From contig JAWVXD010000001.1 in NCBI GenBank assembly GCA_033723415.1, positions 352,001 to 416,000 on the forward strand: a stretch of DNA of 64,000 bases, in the 5' to 3' direction. Made by a program: the position numbers and the translations under genes. Shown here piece by piece: positions 35,168 through 46,316 of this stretch (position 1 is the stretch's first letter; every line of letters begins with the position of its first letter). This stretch comes from Sulfurospirillaceae bacterium. GTDB lineage: Bacteria; Campylobacterota; Campylobacteria; Campylobacterales; Sulfurospirillaceae. The notes under the pieces were generated by a model. That model had not been told where the DNA came from. It worked only from the letters and a program-made list of their open reading frames with translations, and made no database searches.

Positions 35168-36500
35168 AGAAATTATAGAAAGAATAGAAGGTGAAGCGCT
35201 ATTGGAGCTTGAATGGCAAAAAAATGAAATTTCATATGCAAAAATTAAATTTTTAAACTACAGAGCCATTGAAGAAATTTTAAAAAAAAGACATCTTTTA
35301 GATGCACTCATGATCACACCTAGAGTTTGCGGAATTTGTTCACACTCACATGCAAATGCAAGTATTTTAGCCATAGAAAATTGCTATAAGCACATAGGAA
35401 TCGACATAAAACTCACACAAAAAGCCAAATATCTTAGAGAATTAATCTTAAATGCTGAAAAAATTCAAAATCATATAAAATGGTTTTATTTTTTAATACT
35501 ACCTGAACTCTTTAAGATGAATAACGAAAAGTTTACACAGACTGAGCCTTTTAGAGATAAAGAATGGTTTGAAGCACAACAAACAATCAGTAATATTTTA
35601 AAAATGGGCGCAATTTTTTCGGGACAATGGCCGCATGGTTCATATCTTATGACCGGAGGTGTAACCTGCGATCCAACAAATAGCGACATAATCAATGCAA
35701 AGAATTACCTAATAAAAACCAAAGAATTTTGTGAAGAAAACTTATATGGATGCAAAATAGAAGATTTGTTTGAGATAGATTCAATGCAAGATATTATAAG
35801 TATTAAATCTACATTAGGAAGTGCTATTTGCTTTATGAAGGAGAAATGTTTTCATGAAGTAGGTAAAAGTTATGATAGATTTTTGGCACTTGGTGGTTAT
35901 AGCAATAACGAAGTAGGTCTAAAAGTGACTAAGACAAGAGTTATAAGAGCTCATAAAAAATTTGTCGAAGAAAATTTGGACAATAGCTTCTTTCAAAATA
36001 AAAATACCGGATACACATACTCAAAAAGTGCAGTATACAAAAAGATGTTTTATGAAGTAGGGCCGTTAGCAAGATTGATGGCATCAAAAGATATACTGAT
36101 CAGAGATTGTCATAGAAGATGTGCTGATTCAACTGTAACAAGAATTGTTGCTAGAGTTAAAGAAATAGCGATACTCATAAAAAGATCTGAAGAGATATTG
36201 AACAATATAGATATAAGAGAAAAATCCGTACAACTTCCCAATAAACTGCCAAAAAACATAACTTCTAGCGGAATAGGGGTTATTGAAGCTGCAAGAGGCT
36301 CTCTAATTCATAAGGTTGAAGTCAAAAATGGTTTAATAAATAGTTATGATATTATTCCTCCTACCGTTTGGAATCTTGGAAACGGCAGTATCGGCAATCC
36401 TTCTATTGCACAAAAGGCTATAATAGGGCTAGACAGCGTTGAAAAAGCCGATTTTGTCTTTAAAAGTTTTGATGTTTGTTCTGTCTGTACAACTCAATAA
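35157..36500 (+). CDS. Cytoplasmic [NiFe] hydrogenase large subunit (group 2-like)
   Basis: RIEGE, RVCGIC (L1) and C-terminal FDVCSVCTTQ (L2) with no cleavable extension. Confidence 0.9.
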   Translation: MITKEIIERIEGEALLELEWQKNEISYAKIKFLNYRAIEEILKKRHLLDALMITPRVCGICSHSHANASILAIENCYKHIGIDIKLTQKAKYLRELILNAEKIQNHIKWFYFLILPELFKMNNEKFTQTEPFRDKEWFEAQQTISNILKMGAIFSGQWPHGSYLMTGGVTCDPTNSDIINAKNYLIKTKEFCEENLYGCKIEDLFEIDSMQDIISIKSTLGSAICFMKEKCFHEVGKSYDRFLALGGYSNNEVGLKVTKTRVIRAHKKFVEENLDNSFFQNKNTGYTYSKSAVYKKMFYEVGPLARLMASKDILIRDCHRRCADSTVTRIVARVKEIAILIKRSEEILNNIDIREKSVQLPNKLPKNITSSGIGVIEAARGSLIHKVEVKNGLINSYDIIPPTVWNLGNGSIGNPSIAQKAIIGLDSVEKADFVFKSFDVCSVCTTQ

Positions 36501-36576
36501 AACACTTCTGTTTAATAAAACTTTAATTTAATACTAATTTTATCCCATTATTTTGTTACCATACTACACAATTAAT

Positions 36577-36659
36577 TGAATATTTATTCACTAAATGAGT
36601 ATTCATTTGTTTTTTTGTCATAATTATGATTTAATTGCTTCATAAATAAATATTCATTT
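36577..36659. promoter_or_regulatory. Cluster of TGAATA/TATTCA-type palindromic operator candidates upstream of hydA
   Basis: TGAATA-TT-TATTCA at 36577-36590, AAATGAGTATTCATTT at 36593-36608, AAATAAATATTCATTT at 36644-36659. Confidence 0.5.
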
Positions 36660-36691
36660 ATAAAATGATGTATATAAAAAGGAGCGGTTTT

Positions 36692-37849
36692 ATGGAGCAA
36701 GATGAATTGTACCAGAATCTAAGGGCGAGACTAGGTAAACTTACACATTTCCCAAAATTGATTGATAACGGTAAGTCAATATCAACTTTATTGGAAGATA
36801 ATGGCATCTCCAGAAGAGATTTTATGAAGTGGGCTGCTGGTATGACGGCAATGTTGTCTTTGCCTGCAGCATTTACACCACTCGTTGCAAAAGCTGCTGA
36901 GCTGACTGACAGATTACCTGTAATATGGTTGCATATGGCAGAATGTACAGGATGCAGCGAGAGCTTACTTAGAAGTGATGCGCCTACTGTTGATAGTCTA
37001 ATTTTTGACTATATTTCACTAGAGTATCATGAAACACTTATGGTTGCTTGTGGATGGCAGGCTGAAGAAAACTTAGAAAATGCTATAAAAAAATATCATG
37101 GAAAATATATCCTTATGGTAGAGGGTGGAATTCCTGCCGGAAAAAGTAGTTTTTATCTTACAGTGGGTCCACAAGGACAAACAGGAGAATCTCACGCAAT
37201 AGAAGCAGCAAATGGGGCAGCAGCTATATTTGCAATAGGAAGCTGCTCAAGTTTTGGTGGTGTTCAAGCTGCATATCCAAATCCAACAAATGCACAACCT
37301 CTACACAAAATCACGGATAAACCTGTTATAAACGTTCCAGGTTGTCCACCTAGCGAAAAAAATATAGTAGGACAGGTTCTACATTATCTTCTTTTCGGAA
37401 CTCTTCCTGCATTAGATGCATACAATAGACCAAAATGGGCATACGGTCTAAGAATTCATGATCTATGTGAGAGAAGAGGTCACTTTGATGCAGGTGAGTT
37501 TGTTCAAGAATTTGGTGATGAAGGAGCAAAAAAAGGATATTGCCTCTACAAAGTTGGTTGTAAAGGTCCGTATACTTTTAATAATTGTTCTAGAGAAAGA
37601 TTCAATCAACATACTTCTTGGCCTGTTCAAGCAGGACATGGTTGTATAGGATGTTCTGAGCCTGATTTTTGGGATAAAATGGGGCCATTTGAATCTCCTC
37701 TTGCAGACAAACTTTATCATAGCGTTTTTGGCGGACTTGGTGCAGATGCAACAGCTGACAAAGTAGGTATCACTGTTCTTTCAGCTGCTGCCATCGGTAT
37801 TGCAGCACATGCAGCGATTTCTTTAATAAAAAATCCGAAGGAGAAATAG
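36692..37849 (+). CDS. hydA: Membrane-bound uptake [NiFe] hydrogenase small subunit (group 1b)
   Basis: Tat motif SRRDFMK, ECTGCSES, C-terminal TM anchor; AAGGAG RBS. Confidence 0.95.
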   Translation: MEQDELYQNLRARLGKLTHFPKLIDNGKSISTLLEDNGISRRDFMKWAAGMTAMLSLPAAFTPLVAKAAELTDRLPVIWLHMAECTGCSESLLRSDAPTVDSLIFDYISLEYHETLMVACGWQAEENLENAIKKYHGKYILMVEGGIPAGKSSFYLTVGPQGQTGESHAIEAANGAAAIFAIGSCSSFGGVQAAYPNPTNAQPLHKITDKPVINVPGCPPSEKNIVGQVLHYLLFGTLPALDAYNRPKWAYGLRIHDLCERRGHFDAGEFVQEFGDEGAKKGYCLYKVGCKGPYTFNNCSRERFNQHTSWPVQAGHGCIGCSEPDFWDKMGPFESPLADKLYHSVFGGLGADATADKVGITVLSAAAIGIAAHAAISLIKNPKEK

Positions 37850-37850
37850 A

Positions 37851-39572
37851 ATGTCAAAAAGAATAGTTGTTGATCCTATAACTAGAATAGAGGGACATTT
37901 GAGAATAGAGGTAATGGTTGATGATAATAATGTTGTGACAGAAGCATACTCTTCATCTACGCTATGGAGAGGCATTGAAACAATTTTAAAAGGAAGAGAT
38001 CCAAGGGATGCAGGATTTTTCACACAAAGGATTTGTGGCGTTTGTACATATTCACATTATAAAGCAGGAATAGAGGCAGTAGAAGATGCTCTTGGTATAG
38101 AACCTCCTTTAAATGCAAAGCTGGTAAGAGATCTAATGAACGCAGCACTGTTTTTACATGATCATCCGGTACATTTTTATCATCTTCATGGTTTAGATTG
38201 GGTTGATGTAGTGTCGGCACTTAGTGCAAATCCTCACAAGGCAGCAGAGGAAGCATTTAAATATACGCCAAATCCTATTGCTTGTGGAGCTGACAGTTTG
38301 GTTGCAGCACAGAAAAAAGTTGCAGAATTTGTCAAAAAAGGTCATCTTGGACCATTTGCAAATGCTTATTGGGGAAATAAAACTTATAAATTAACTCCTG
38401 AACAAAATCTTATAGCACTTTCGCATTATCTAAAAGCTTTGGAAATGCAAAGAACTGCAGCACAAATGATGGCTATCTTTGGCGCAAAACAACCTCATCC
38501 TCAAAGCTTGAGTGTTGGCGGTGTTACTTGTATTATGGATTTAAAAGATCCTGCAAGACTTGGTGAATATCTGACAAAATTTCAAGAAATGGCAGATTTT
38601 GTAAATAGAGCTTATTATCCGGATATTGTTATGGCAGGAATTGCTTATGCAGGCGAGCCAAGTGTAAATGCAGGACTTGGAACTGCAAACCTAATAGCAG
38701 GTAAATCTTTCTTACTTGCAAAAGACAAGTACCTTTTTGAAGACGGTGTCATTTTAAACGGCGATATTTCAAAAGTATTTCCTATAGATGAAAGTAAAAT
38801 CACAGAAGAAGCAACTCACTCTTGGTACTCGGACAATGAAGCATTGCATCCATATAACGGAAAAACCAATCCAAATTATACCGGATTTAAAGATGCCAAG
38901 ACTGTAAATGGCAAAGGAGAAATGGAAACAACAAAAGTTCTAAAAGAAGAGGGCAAATATTCTTGGGTAAAATCTCCAAGATATGATGGAAATCCTATGC
39001 AAACAGGACCATTGGCAAATATAGTAGTAAACTATGCCAAAGGAAATCCAAAAGTTGTAAAAGTTGTCGATCAATTTTTAAAAGATACCGGACTACCTAT
39101 AACTGCTGTATTCTCAACACTTGGTAGAACTGCTGCACGTATGCTGGAAACTAAAATCATAGCTGATAATGCACTAGAGACTTTTAATTCTCTGATACAG
39201 AATTTTAAAGTAGATGAATCTACTTACACGACTTATAGCATAGACAAGAATAAAGAGTATAAAGGCAGGTATATAGGTGAAGTGCCTAGAGGTATGCTAA
39301 GTCATTGGGTAAGAATCAAAAACGGCGTCATAGAAAACTATCAAGCAGTTGTTCCAACCACTTGGAATGCTAGTCCAAAAGATGCAAAAAAAGTAAGAGG
39401 TCCATATGAGGAATCTCTGATTGGATTAAAAATATCTGATTTATCACAGCCTCTTGAGATAGTTAGAGTAATTCATTCTTTTGATCCTTGTCTCGCTTGC
39501 GCCGTACATGTCATGGACACGAAGGGTAATGAGTTAAGTGAGTACAAAGTTGATTTAAATTGCTTTTGCTAG
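37851..39572 (+). CDS. hydB: Uptake [NiFe] hydrogenase large subunit
   Basis: DPITRIEGH, QRICGVC, FDPCLACAVH plus cleavable tail. Confidence 0.96.
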   Translation: MSKRIVVDPITRIEGHLRIEVMVDDNNVVTEAYSSSTLWRGIETILKGRDPRDAGFFTQRICGVCTYSHYKAGIEAVEDALGIEPPLNAKLVRDLMNAALFLHDHPVHFYHLHGLDWVDVVSALSANPHKAAEEAFKYTPNPIACGADSLVAAQKKVAEFVKKGHLGPFANAYWGNKTYKLTPEQNLIALSHYLKALEMQRTAAQMMAIFGAKQPHPQSLSVGGVTCIMDLKDPARLGEYLTKFQEMADFVNRAYYPDIVMAGIAYAGEPSVNAGLGTANLIAGKSFLLAKDKYLFEDGVILNGDISKVFPIDESKITEEATHSWYSDNEALHPYNGKTNPNYTGFKDAKTVNGKGEMETTKVLKEEGKYSWVKSPRYDGNPMQTGPLANIVVNYAKGNPKVVKVVDQFLKDTGLPITAVFSTLGRTAARMLETKIIADNALETFNSLIQNFKVDESTYTTYSIDKNKEYKGRYIGEVPRGMLSHWVRIKNGVIENYQAVVPTTWNASPKDAKKVRGPYEESLIGLKISDLSQPLEIVRVIHSFDPCLACAVHVMDTKGNELSEYKVDLNCFC

Positions 39573-39591
39573 CATATAAAGGGAGATTATC

Positions 39592-40266
39592 ATGTTAAAT
39601 AATAGAAAGAAAAAGTTTGAATTCTCATCCGGTCTTAGATGGACGCATTGGATTAGAGTTGTTACGATCATTGCTTTAACTGTTACAGGATTTTATATAG
39701 CTTTCGTATTTATATCACCTGAGCCATCTAGTTCGCCTACCGTCTTTTTAAATGCAAAATTTAGAATGTGGCATGAAGTAGCCGGTTTTGTACTGATTGC
39801 TGTGACTCTTTATAAAGCTTACCTGTTTATATTTACAAGATTGAGTAGAAATGAGAGAGTATCTATGTATGATATTTTAAGTCCTAAAATTTGGATACAG
39901 CAGATAAAATACTACCTTTTTATAGGTAAACATCCTAAACTCAAAGGTGTGTATAATCCATTGCAGTTTGCTGCATATGTATTTTTATATGCCCTTATCT
40001 TTTTGATTTCTATAACAGGACTTGTATTATATGTGAGAGGGTACCATCAAGGCTTAGGTGGATTTTTATTGCCTTATATGGAACCTGTAGAAGCATTTAT
40101 GGGAGGTTTAGCATCCGTTAGAGAAATTCATCATATAGCAATGTGGGGTATTTTGATCTTTATTCCTATACACATATATATGGCTGTTTTCAACTCTATC
40201 ATGAGCACAGAAGGTTCTATAGATGCTATAGTCAGTGGATATAAATTTACAAAACACCAAGATTAG
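39592..40266 (+). CDS. hydC: Hydrogenase b-type cytochrome subunit
   Basis: RWTHW, YNPLQ, REIHH...IHIY. Confidence 0.94.
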   Translation: MLNNRKKKFEFSSGLRWTHWIRVVTIIALTVTGFYIAFVFISPEPSSSPTVFLNAKFRMWHEVAGFVLIAVTLYKAYLFIFTRLSRNERVSMYDILSPKIWIQQIKYYLFIGKHPKLKGVYNPLQFAAYVFLYALIFLISITGLVLYVRGYHQGLGGFLLPYMEPVEAFMGGLASVREIHHIAMWGILIFIPIHIYMAVFNSIMSTEGSIDAIVSGYKFTKHQD

Positions 40267-40274
40267 GAAAAGAC

Positions 40275-40817
40275 GTGAAAGTCTTAGTACTTGGTATAGG
40301 CAATGTGATGTTCTCCGATGAAGGCGTCGGGGTTCATCTCTGCCGCCTTATGGAAGAAAAGTATCAGTTTTATTCTGATTCACACACAATTGATTTTGTA
40401 GACGGTGGTACGCTCGCTGAGAGATTGATACCTATAATCGCTGAATATGATCATGTGATTATATTCGATTGTGTTGATGCTAATAAAGCTGATATAGGAG
40501 ATGTTTATTTTTTTGACTTTGAGAATATACCGGATAGCATAACATTTCAAGGTAGTGTTCACGAAGTCGAAATGCTTCAGACACTCAGTATGATGGATAT
40601 GCTTGGTGATAGACCTACTACAAAGATTATCGGCATCATCCCAAAGGTGATAGAAGAAACTACTTTGAAATTAACTGACAAAGTTATTGCAGGTAGCTAT
40701 TATATGGAAAAAATATTTTTAAAACATATACAAAAGGATCTTGGATTTTCATGTGCTTTAAAAAATGACATAGATATACAAAGTGTGGCATATAGAGCTT
40801 GTACACAATTTGAATAA
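40275..40817 (+). CDS. hydD: Hydrogenase maturation protease
   Basis: LGIGNVMFSDEGVG, DGGT, SVHE. Confidence 0.94.
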   Translation: MKVLVLGIGNVMFSDEGVGVHLCRLMEEKYQFYSDSHTIDFVDGGTLAERLIPIIAEYDHVIIFDCVDANKADIGDVYFFDFENIPDSITFQGSVHEVEMLQTLSMMDMLGDRPTTKIIGIIPKVIEETTLKLTDKVIAGSYYMEKIFLKHIQKDLGFSCALKNDIDIQSVAYRACTQFE

Positions 40818-40841
40818 TAAAGGTAGAGAAAGGTAAAGGAA

Positions 40842-42530
40842 ATGACATTAGCTTATCAATTTGAATATATATCGATAAACATGGTATTAGAAAATTTTTT
40901 AAAAGTTATTTGTGATGACTTTAAAATCAAATATTCTATTAATAAACTAGATACTGTCGCTACATTGTTTGTAAGTGATACAGAAGAAAGACTACATAAG
41001 TTTGCTGATTATATCGCATACTATTTGCCATTGTCTATATTCTTAAAATCAACCAATGCAGAGGTTGTTGGAGATATATATGAAAAAAGCATTAGCCCAA
41101 AAGAGTGTACCATTGCTTTACCTTTCACAAAAAGAGCTATCACTTTAGCACAAGATCCTAGTTCTGTCTTTTTCAATAACCCTTTTACTCCAAATGAAGT
41201 AGGCAAAAACTGTGAGAATTGTGATGCCTCTCTTATTTTCAGTAAAGAAAACAATATATTAATAGCAAATAATTCACTTTCATATCAGCAAGTATATGAC
41301 GAAGTCGCAGATTTAATTGCCAGAAATAAATCTGTGACTATAAAAACTCCAACCGGAAATTTTGAATTTTCTAAAGTTTCAAAAAAACAATTGCGAAATA
41401 AAAATAATTTTGAAATAATACCTACTGATTTGTCAAACGTACAAAAAATGGTAATTTTAGATGAAAATGAGATCAGAAATCTAGCTTCAATAGAAAAACC
41501 CATAATAAGAGCTAAAATCAATTCTATATATGCCTCAACAAATATTTTATCACAAAAAACTGTCAAAATAAGGATGCCAAATACTCTACTGTTACAATTT
41601 ATCTGTGATAAATTATATAAAATCGGCGTAGATTTTATAGTAAAAACAAAAATAGATATAGAAGAACAATACTTTATAGACTATGATGCAAGAACACCTA
41701 AGATAGATGATATAGAGATTTGTGTTTTAGAGAACAATGAAGTTCTTATCTTAAAAGGTCATGATGATCTTCCTTCAGAACTGGTTAATGGACTAGAGAG
41801 TATAGAAGTCCCGGCTATAAAGCAATATGCTTCAATATTAAAAGAAAGAGATCTTTTTAACTACAAAAGCAGTTGTTTTTATTTTAGTAAAATTCATGAT
41901 GATGCAATAATGTTTTTTAATGAAAAAGAAGAAATTCTAGAATTTGTAAAATTTCATACTTTTACTTCTATAGAAGAGATTTTCAAAAAGATAGAAGAAG
42001 AGGGCAAAAGCGGACAAACTCTTGTAAAAAACTATAAAAATACATATCCTGATATATATGAAGCTGCACAAGATACTGAAATTCCGGAAACTTTAGCCCA
42101 AAATTTATTTAGTTTATTTGCCTTTGCATCCATTATTTTAGGATTTAGCTACGATTTTGAAGAAGCTGCAGAAATATTGATTGAGAATGCCGAAGCTTAT
42201 GGCGGTCAAAAAGGCCCTAGGATTGAATTTTCTCTAAGAGAAAACAACAAAATAAAGTCCGATTTTGATGCTATAAAAATGATAAGAAGTGCTATGAGCT
42301 TCAAGTTGGCAGGAACCGAAGATCTAACTCTCAGCTTTGGCTTTTTAGATAGTTTTTCATACTTTCTATCTGATATTGCAGATACACACAAAGCAACATT
42401 GCAAAGCTCAAAAATAACTTTAGGAGGCTCATTATTTGGCTATAAAAGACTTACTGAGATGACATGTAAAAATCTACTCTCAAGTCATAAAATTTACTTT
42501 AATAGAGAATTACCTATAGATGATCTTTGA
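40842..42530 (+). CDS. hydE: Campylobacterota hydrogenase accessory protein HydE (degenerate HypF-like)
   Basis: Position after hydD, size, YYLPLSIFL and GQKGPRI motifs. Confidence 0.8.
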   Translation: MTLAYQFEYISINMVLENFLKVICDDFKIKYSINKLDTVATLFVSDTEERLHKFADYIAYYLPLSIFLKSTNAEVVGDIYEKSISPKECTIALPFTKRAITLAQDPSSVFFNNPFTPNEVGKNCENCDASLIFSKENNILIANNSLSYQQVYDEVADLIARNKSVTIKTPTGNFEFSKVSKKQLRNKNNFEIIPTDLSNVQKMVILDENEIRNLASIEKPIIRAKINSIYASTNILSQKTVKIRMPNTLLLQFICDKLYKIGVDFIVKTKIDIEEQYFIDYDARTPKIDDIEICVLENNEVLILKGHDDLPSELVNGLESIEVPAIKQYASILKERDLFNYKSSCFYFSKIHDDAIMFFNEKEEILEFVKFHTFTSIEEIFKKIEEEGKSGQTLVKNYKNTYPDIYEAAQDTEIPETLAQNLFSLFAFASIILGFSYDFEEAAEILIENAEAYGGQKGPRIEFSLRENNKIKSDFDAIKMIRSAMSFKLAGTEDLTLSFGFLDSFSYFLSDIADTHKATLQSSKITLGGSLFGYKRLTEMTCKNLLSSHKIYFNRELPIDDL

Positions 42531-42540
42531 GACAAATAAT

Positions 42541-43764
42541 TTATTGATCTAATTTTCTTGCCGTGTTGTTCCAAAGTTTTGGCAAAAATATCAACATGAT
42601 CACAATAGATGAGACTCCTTGCAATGTTATAGTATACTGTGCTCCTATATAGTGAGACATAGTTCCTACAAGCAAAGCTCCCAAAGGCTGCATGCCAAAA
42701 AATGCCATAGCAAAGTAACTAATAACTCTTCCTCTCATCTCCACTGATGATGTTGTCTGCAACAAAGTATTGATTATTGCTATGAGCATCATCATGCCAA
42801 AGCCTGTGATTGAAGCAAATAATAAAGCTAGCACTAAAGTGTGAGTATTTGAAAACAATATCAAACCAATGCCAAATATTGCATTTGCAAATATAAGAAT
42901 CTTCCTTAGATCGGCACTTGATTTAAAAGAAGCCAAGGTAATCGCTCCACAAAATGCACCTATACCTATAAAGCTATTAAGATATCCATAAGTTGAGGCA
43001 TTGCCTCCTAGTGTAACTTTAGCTATAACAGGGAGTAAAGCAACATATGGCAAAACAAGAAGACTTACTAAAGACAATAATAAGATCAATATACCGATCC
43101 TTGGAGTAGTTACTATATAAGCCAAACCTTCTTTTAGATCCTCTAGCACTTTTTTGGAACTCACGGTAGGAATGTAATCAGGTAACCTCATCATGAGAAG
43201 AGAAATAATAACAGCTATAAAACTAAAAGAATTTAGTGCAAAACAAAAACCTGCTCCAAATTTATCTAACACTATACCTGATATCGCAGGACCAAAGAGT
43301 CTTGCCAAATTCACCATAGAAGAGTTTAGAGCTATGGCATTGCCAAGATGCTCTTTGTTATCAACCATATGATGAACCAAAGATTGTCTCGTTGGTACGT
43401 CAAAAGCATTTATAATCCCAAGTAAAATGCTTAGTGCCAATATCTCCCACACCGTATATGCGGTAAAAAATACGATCAATGTCATGAGTATTGCTTGAAT
43501 CATCGATGCGATCTGTGTTGCCAGCAACATCTTGTATCGATTGTGTCTATCGGCGATGGTACCGCCTAAAAGTGAAAATAAAAATGAAGGAAATTGTGTA
43601 GCAAAGACGGCAACTCCAAGCATAAAAGCAGACTGTGTTTTTGCATAGATTATCCAATAAACTGCTGTTCTTTGTATCCAAGTACCTGTCAGAGATATGG
43701 ATTGTCCAAAAAAGAACAGCCTGTAGTTGCGACTGCGAAATGCGTTAAAGGTGTTGATATTCAT
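42541..43764 (-). CDS. MFS transporter
   Basis: About 12 TM segments, GGTIADRHNRY motif A, MRGRV. Confidence 0.9.
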   Translation of the reverse strand: MNINTFNAFRSRNYRLFFFGQSISLTGTWIQRTAVYWIIYAKTQSAFMLGVAVFATQFPSFLFSLLGGTIADRHNRYKMLLATQIASMIQAILMTLIVFFTAYTVWEILALSILLGIINAFDVPTRQSLVHHMVDNKEHLGNAIALNSSMVNLARLFGPAISGIVLDKFGAGFCFALNSFSFIAVIISLLMMRLPDYIPTVSSKKVLEDLKEGLAYIVTTPRIGILILLLSLVSLLVLPYVALLPVIAKVTLGGNASTYGYLNSFIGIGAFCGAITLASFKSSADLRKILIFANAIFGIGLILFSNTHTLVLALLFASITGFGMMMLIAIINTLLQTTSSVEMRGRVISYFAMAFFGMQPLGALLVGTMSHYIGAQYTITLQGVSSIVIMLIFLPKLWNNTARKLDQ

Positions 43765-43866
43765 GAGTTTTGGCTGCTTTGTTTTTATCTGTTTTTATCT
43801 TGAAATGCTATCACTTTTATACTTAATTTTTGTGTTATAATATCGAAATTTTAAAGAAGGCTACTT

Positions 43867-45381
43867 TTGAGCGACATTATATTATGTACATTTAACGCAA
43901 GATACACTCATACATCCATAGGACTCCGATATATCTATGCTAATCTAAAAGAACTAAGAGAAAATTCAAAGATCATAGAATTTGTTATAAATACAAGCAT
44001 AGAAGATGCGGTAGAAAAAGTTTTGAATGAAAGTCCAAAGATCATAGGCATAGGAGCTTATATCTGGAATGCCGTAGAAGTCAGTGATTTTATAGATCTA
44101 GTGAAAAAAATCTCACCTGATACGATTATTGTAGTAGGAGGGCCGGAAGCGAGTTATTTTCCTCACAGAGTCGATTTCAGCCAGGCCGATTACTTTATAC
44201 TAGGCGAGGGTGATGTTGCTTTTTATGACCTGTGTAAAGCTATATATGAAGATAGGGCACCAAAAGAGAAAAATATAAAAGCACCCATAGTAGATATGAG
44301 CCAGATTGAACTTCCGTATAAATATTATGACGACAATGATGTAGCCCATAGGTACGCATATGTAGAAGCAAGCAGGGGCTGTCCTTATAAGTGTGAATTT
44401 TGTCTCTCTTCACTTGATAAAAAAGTACGTCACATTGATGCCGCTAGATTTTTAGATGAGATTGAAATACTCTGGAATAGAGGAGTGAGAAGTTTCAAGT
44501 TTATAGACAGGACATTTAATCTTAGGATAGAAACGGCAAATAAATTGATGGATTTTTTCTTATCAAAAGAGGGAACTTATTTTGTGCATTTTGAAGTCAT
44601 ACCTGATCATTTTCCTGAGTCTTTAAAAGAGAGGATCGTGCAGTTTCCACCAGCTTCTTTACAGCTAGAAATAGGGATTCAGACACTCAATCCTGATATT
44701 TCCAAAAACATAAATAGAAAACTTAATATAAAGAAGATCCAAGAAAATCTTGCTTTTTTAGAAAATCAAACAAAAGCACATCTTCATGTAGATTTGATTG
44801 CGGGACTTCCAGGAGAGAGCTTGGAAGGCTTTGGAGAAAATCTTGACAAATTACATAAAATGACAAACTGTGAGATTCAACTGGGTATACTCAAAAAACT
44901 CTCAGGCACGACACTAAATAGACATGACAAAGAATACGGGATGGTATACTCAGACAAACCGCCATATGACATACTGCAAAATGATCTTATACCGTTTGAA
45001 AAAATGCAAGAAATGAAACGATTTGCAAGATTTTGGGATTTAGTATATAACAGTGGAAATTTTAAAAAATGTGTCGATTATATCTGGAGTGATGGAAAAG
45101 TTTACGACGGATTTTTGGCCTTTTCAAACTGGTTGTACAAGCAGACAGAATCTACATGGCAAATTTCTCTAGATAGACTGGCTAAGCTTTTATATGAGTA
45201 TTTAACTATAGAGTTAAATGTAGATATGATAGAGCTAAAAGATCGACTCATAGAAGACTTAAGTGTAGTAAGAGGACGTAAAATACCAAAATTTTTAAGG
45301 ATTGAAGATAACAAACAAAATAAAAAAGAAAACGATACTCCTACGTTCAACAAACGACAACTAAAACATTCCGGGATATAG
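43867..45381 (+). CDS. B12-binding radical SAM protein (DUF4080-like C-terminus)
   Basis: VGGPEAS, SRGCPYKCEFC. Confidence 0.9.
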   Translation: MSDIILCTFNARYTHTSIGLRYIYANLKELRENSKIIEFVINTSIEDAVEKVLNESPKIIGIGAYIWNAVEVSDFIDLVKKISPDTIIVVGGPEASYFPHRVDFSQADYFILGEGDVAFYDLCKAIYEDRAPKEKNIKAPIVDMSQIELPYKYYDDNDVAHRYAYVEASRGCPYKCEFCLSSLDKKVRHIDAARFLDEIEILWNRGVRSFKFIDRTFNLRIETANKLMDFFLSKEGTYFVHFEVIPDHFPESLKERIVQFPPASLQLEIGIQTLNPDISKNINRKLNIKKIQENLAFLENQTKAHLHVDLIAGLPGESLEGFGENLDKLHKMTNCEIQLGILKKLSGTTLNRHDKEYGMVYSDKPPYDILQNDLIPFEKMQEMKRFARFWDLVYNSGNFKKCVDYIWSDGKVYDGFLAFSNWLYKQTESTWQISLDRLAKLLYEYLTIELNVDMIELKDRLIEDLSVVRGRKIPKFLRIEDNKQNKKENDTPTFNKRQLKHSGI

Positions 45382-45382
45382 A

Positions 45383-46114
45383 TTACTTCCAGATATCTTC
45401 TTCGTCTAAAGATGGATTATTTTGCAATATCTTGTATGGTTCGTAATTTGCTTTGTAATTTAGACTATTGCAGTCTTTTACATAATAGCCAAGATAAATC
45501 CAGTCTAAGTTAAAATTTTTAGCAAGTTGAATTTGAACATAGATTGAATATCTACCAAGCGAAAAGTCTGCATATTCTGGATCATAATAAAAATAAATGG
45601 AAGAAATTCCATTGTCCATAAAATCAATAAGATCAACTGCTACAAGTTTATTATCGATAAAGTAAAGCACCTCTTTACCAAATTTTCCTGCTCCTGACAT
45701 ATATAGATCAAAATAACTACTTGGTTTTATTTTATAGCTTTTCCAACCTTTTTTATATTCCATATGTGCATGATACTTTTCATAAATTTCAAGATGTTCA
45801 TTTGAAAGGGTTGGTTTTTGTATAGTATATACTGTTTTTTGATTTTTCCGGATGGTTCGTCTTGCACTTTTGCTAAAAGTATAATTTTTTGCATCTATTT
45901 TCAGACTTTTACATTCGTTGCAATTATCACAATTTGGTCGGGAGTAATAATTACCAAATCTTCTCCAGCCTCTTTTTACCAGTTTATCGTTTAAACTACT
46001 AGTACAGTTCTCTATATATTTATATTCCATTCTAGAGCGTTTATCACTAAGATAAGAACATTGATTCGCTAAAGTTGAAAACTCGATAATTTTGGTGGAT
46101 AGCTGCATATTCAT
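45383..46114 (-). CDS. Arginyltransferase/Bpt family protein
   Basis: CSYL, GWRRFG, YFYYDP, YLGY...YK. Confidence 0.9.
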   Translation of the reverse strand: MNMQLSTKIIEFSTLANQCSYLSDKRSRMEYKYIENCTSSLNDKLVKRGWRRFGNYYSRPNCDNCNECKSLKIDAKNYTFSKSARRTIRKNQKTVYTIQKPTLSNEHLEIYEKYHAHMEYKKGWKSYKIKPSSYFDLYMSGAGKFGKEVLYFIDNKLVAVDLIDFMDNGISSIYFYYDPEYADFSLGRYSIYVQIQLAKNFNLDWIYLGYYVKDCNSLNYKANYEPYKILQNNPSLDEEDIWK

Positions 46115-46118
46115 TGAG

Positions 46119-46289
46119 TTAGCCTATTTTTTTAATACCGCTATCTTTGACAAATTCTAAAAACTCGTCTTTTAATTTTTTTTCTTTTCTTGCTTTCTCT
46201 TCTTCAATTCTCTTATCATTCTCTATTTTTTCATTTTCTTTCATATTATTTTTTAAATTTTTTAAATCGTCAAATAACGAATTTTGCAT
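46119..46289 (-). CDS. Small charged coiled-coil protein (56 aa; below ORF-track cutoff)
   Basis: MQNSLFDDLKNLK...DEFLEFVKDSGIKKIG with GGAG RBS, co-oriented between two minus-strand genes. Confidence 0.7.
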   Translation of the reverse strand: MQNSLFDDLKNLKNNMKENEKIENDKRIEEEKARKEKKLKDEFLEFVKDSGIKKIG

Positions 46290-46316
46290 TTTATCTCCAA
46301 GCTATATTTTTATTAA

